Positions 26,515 to 26,605 of a stretch of DNA of 26,605 bases are shown piece by piece. Under the pieces are notes generated by a model. The model ran no database searches. It was given only the letters and a program-made list of their open reading frames with translations, and was not told the origin of the DNA. Position 1 is the first letter of the stretch. Each line of letters starts with the position of its first letter. The translations under genes were made by a program, and so were the position numbers. Source of the DNA: Anaerolineales bacterium (GTDB taxonomy: Bacteria > Chloroflexota > Anaerolineae > Anaerolineales > UBA6663); contig JBBRZY010000001.1 of NCBI GenBank assembly GCA_038252885.1, positions 1 to 26,605 of the forward strand. The letters are read 5' to 3'.

Positions 26515-26594
26515 CGGACGAGGGCGCGGATGAGCCGGACCCAGCGCCTAGCGCTGACCCCGCTGGGCCGGAGGTTTTGGCCCCCAAACTGAAA
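26515..26594. repeat. 80-bp direct repeat, copy 2
   Basis: 74/80 identity to 1-80; similarity stops abruptly after AAACTGAAA. Confidence 0.95.
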
Positions 26595-26605
26595 CATACC
26601 CAGGC

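Overview
High-GC bacterial chromosomal segment; gene content and a GAAC-N4-GTTC box suggest Chloroflexota (inference). The core is a ~15.5 kb minus-strand, tightly coupled run of 16 genes (21487 to 6020): ABC ATPase, 10 GNAT acetyltransferases of three architectures (3 RimJ/RimL-like, 6 tandem-GNAT, 1 Eis-like), an ABC-F protein, nucleoside hydrolase, HAD hydrolase, SDR and nitrilase-family amidase. It is preceded by a sigma70-type promoter, an unannotated 31-aa Cys-ending leader ORF and two tandem terminators whose arms can be swapped in a cascade (candidate attenuator). Divergently, a three-gene operon (NAD(P)H-binding protein, P-loop kinase, M20/ArgE deacylase) follows a 203-bp MITE with a 10-bp target duplication. 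To its right lie two paralogous unannotated Arg-rich small ORFs around a perfect 23-bp hairpin, a general-stress/glycine-zipper gene and a 56-bp palindrome. The left end is accessory: a VOC gene with a LexA-like box, an intact IS66 (ISBst12-type) element, a CHAT protease with an amyloid-like segment, higBA, and a second VOC gene between duplicated nitrilase 3' ends. The first 80 bp of the window recur at its right end (74/80 identical). All alignments and foldings were done by eye; no database searches were run.
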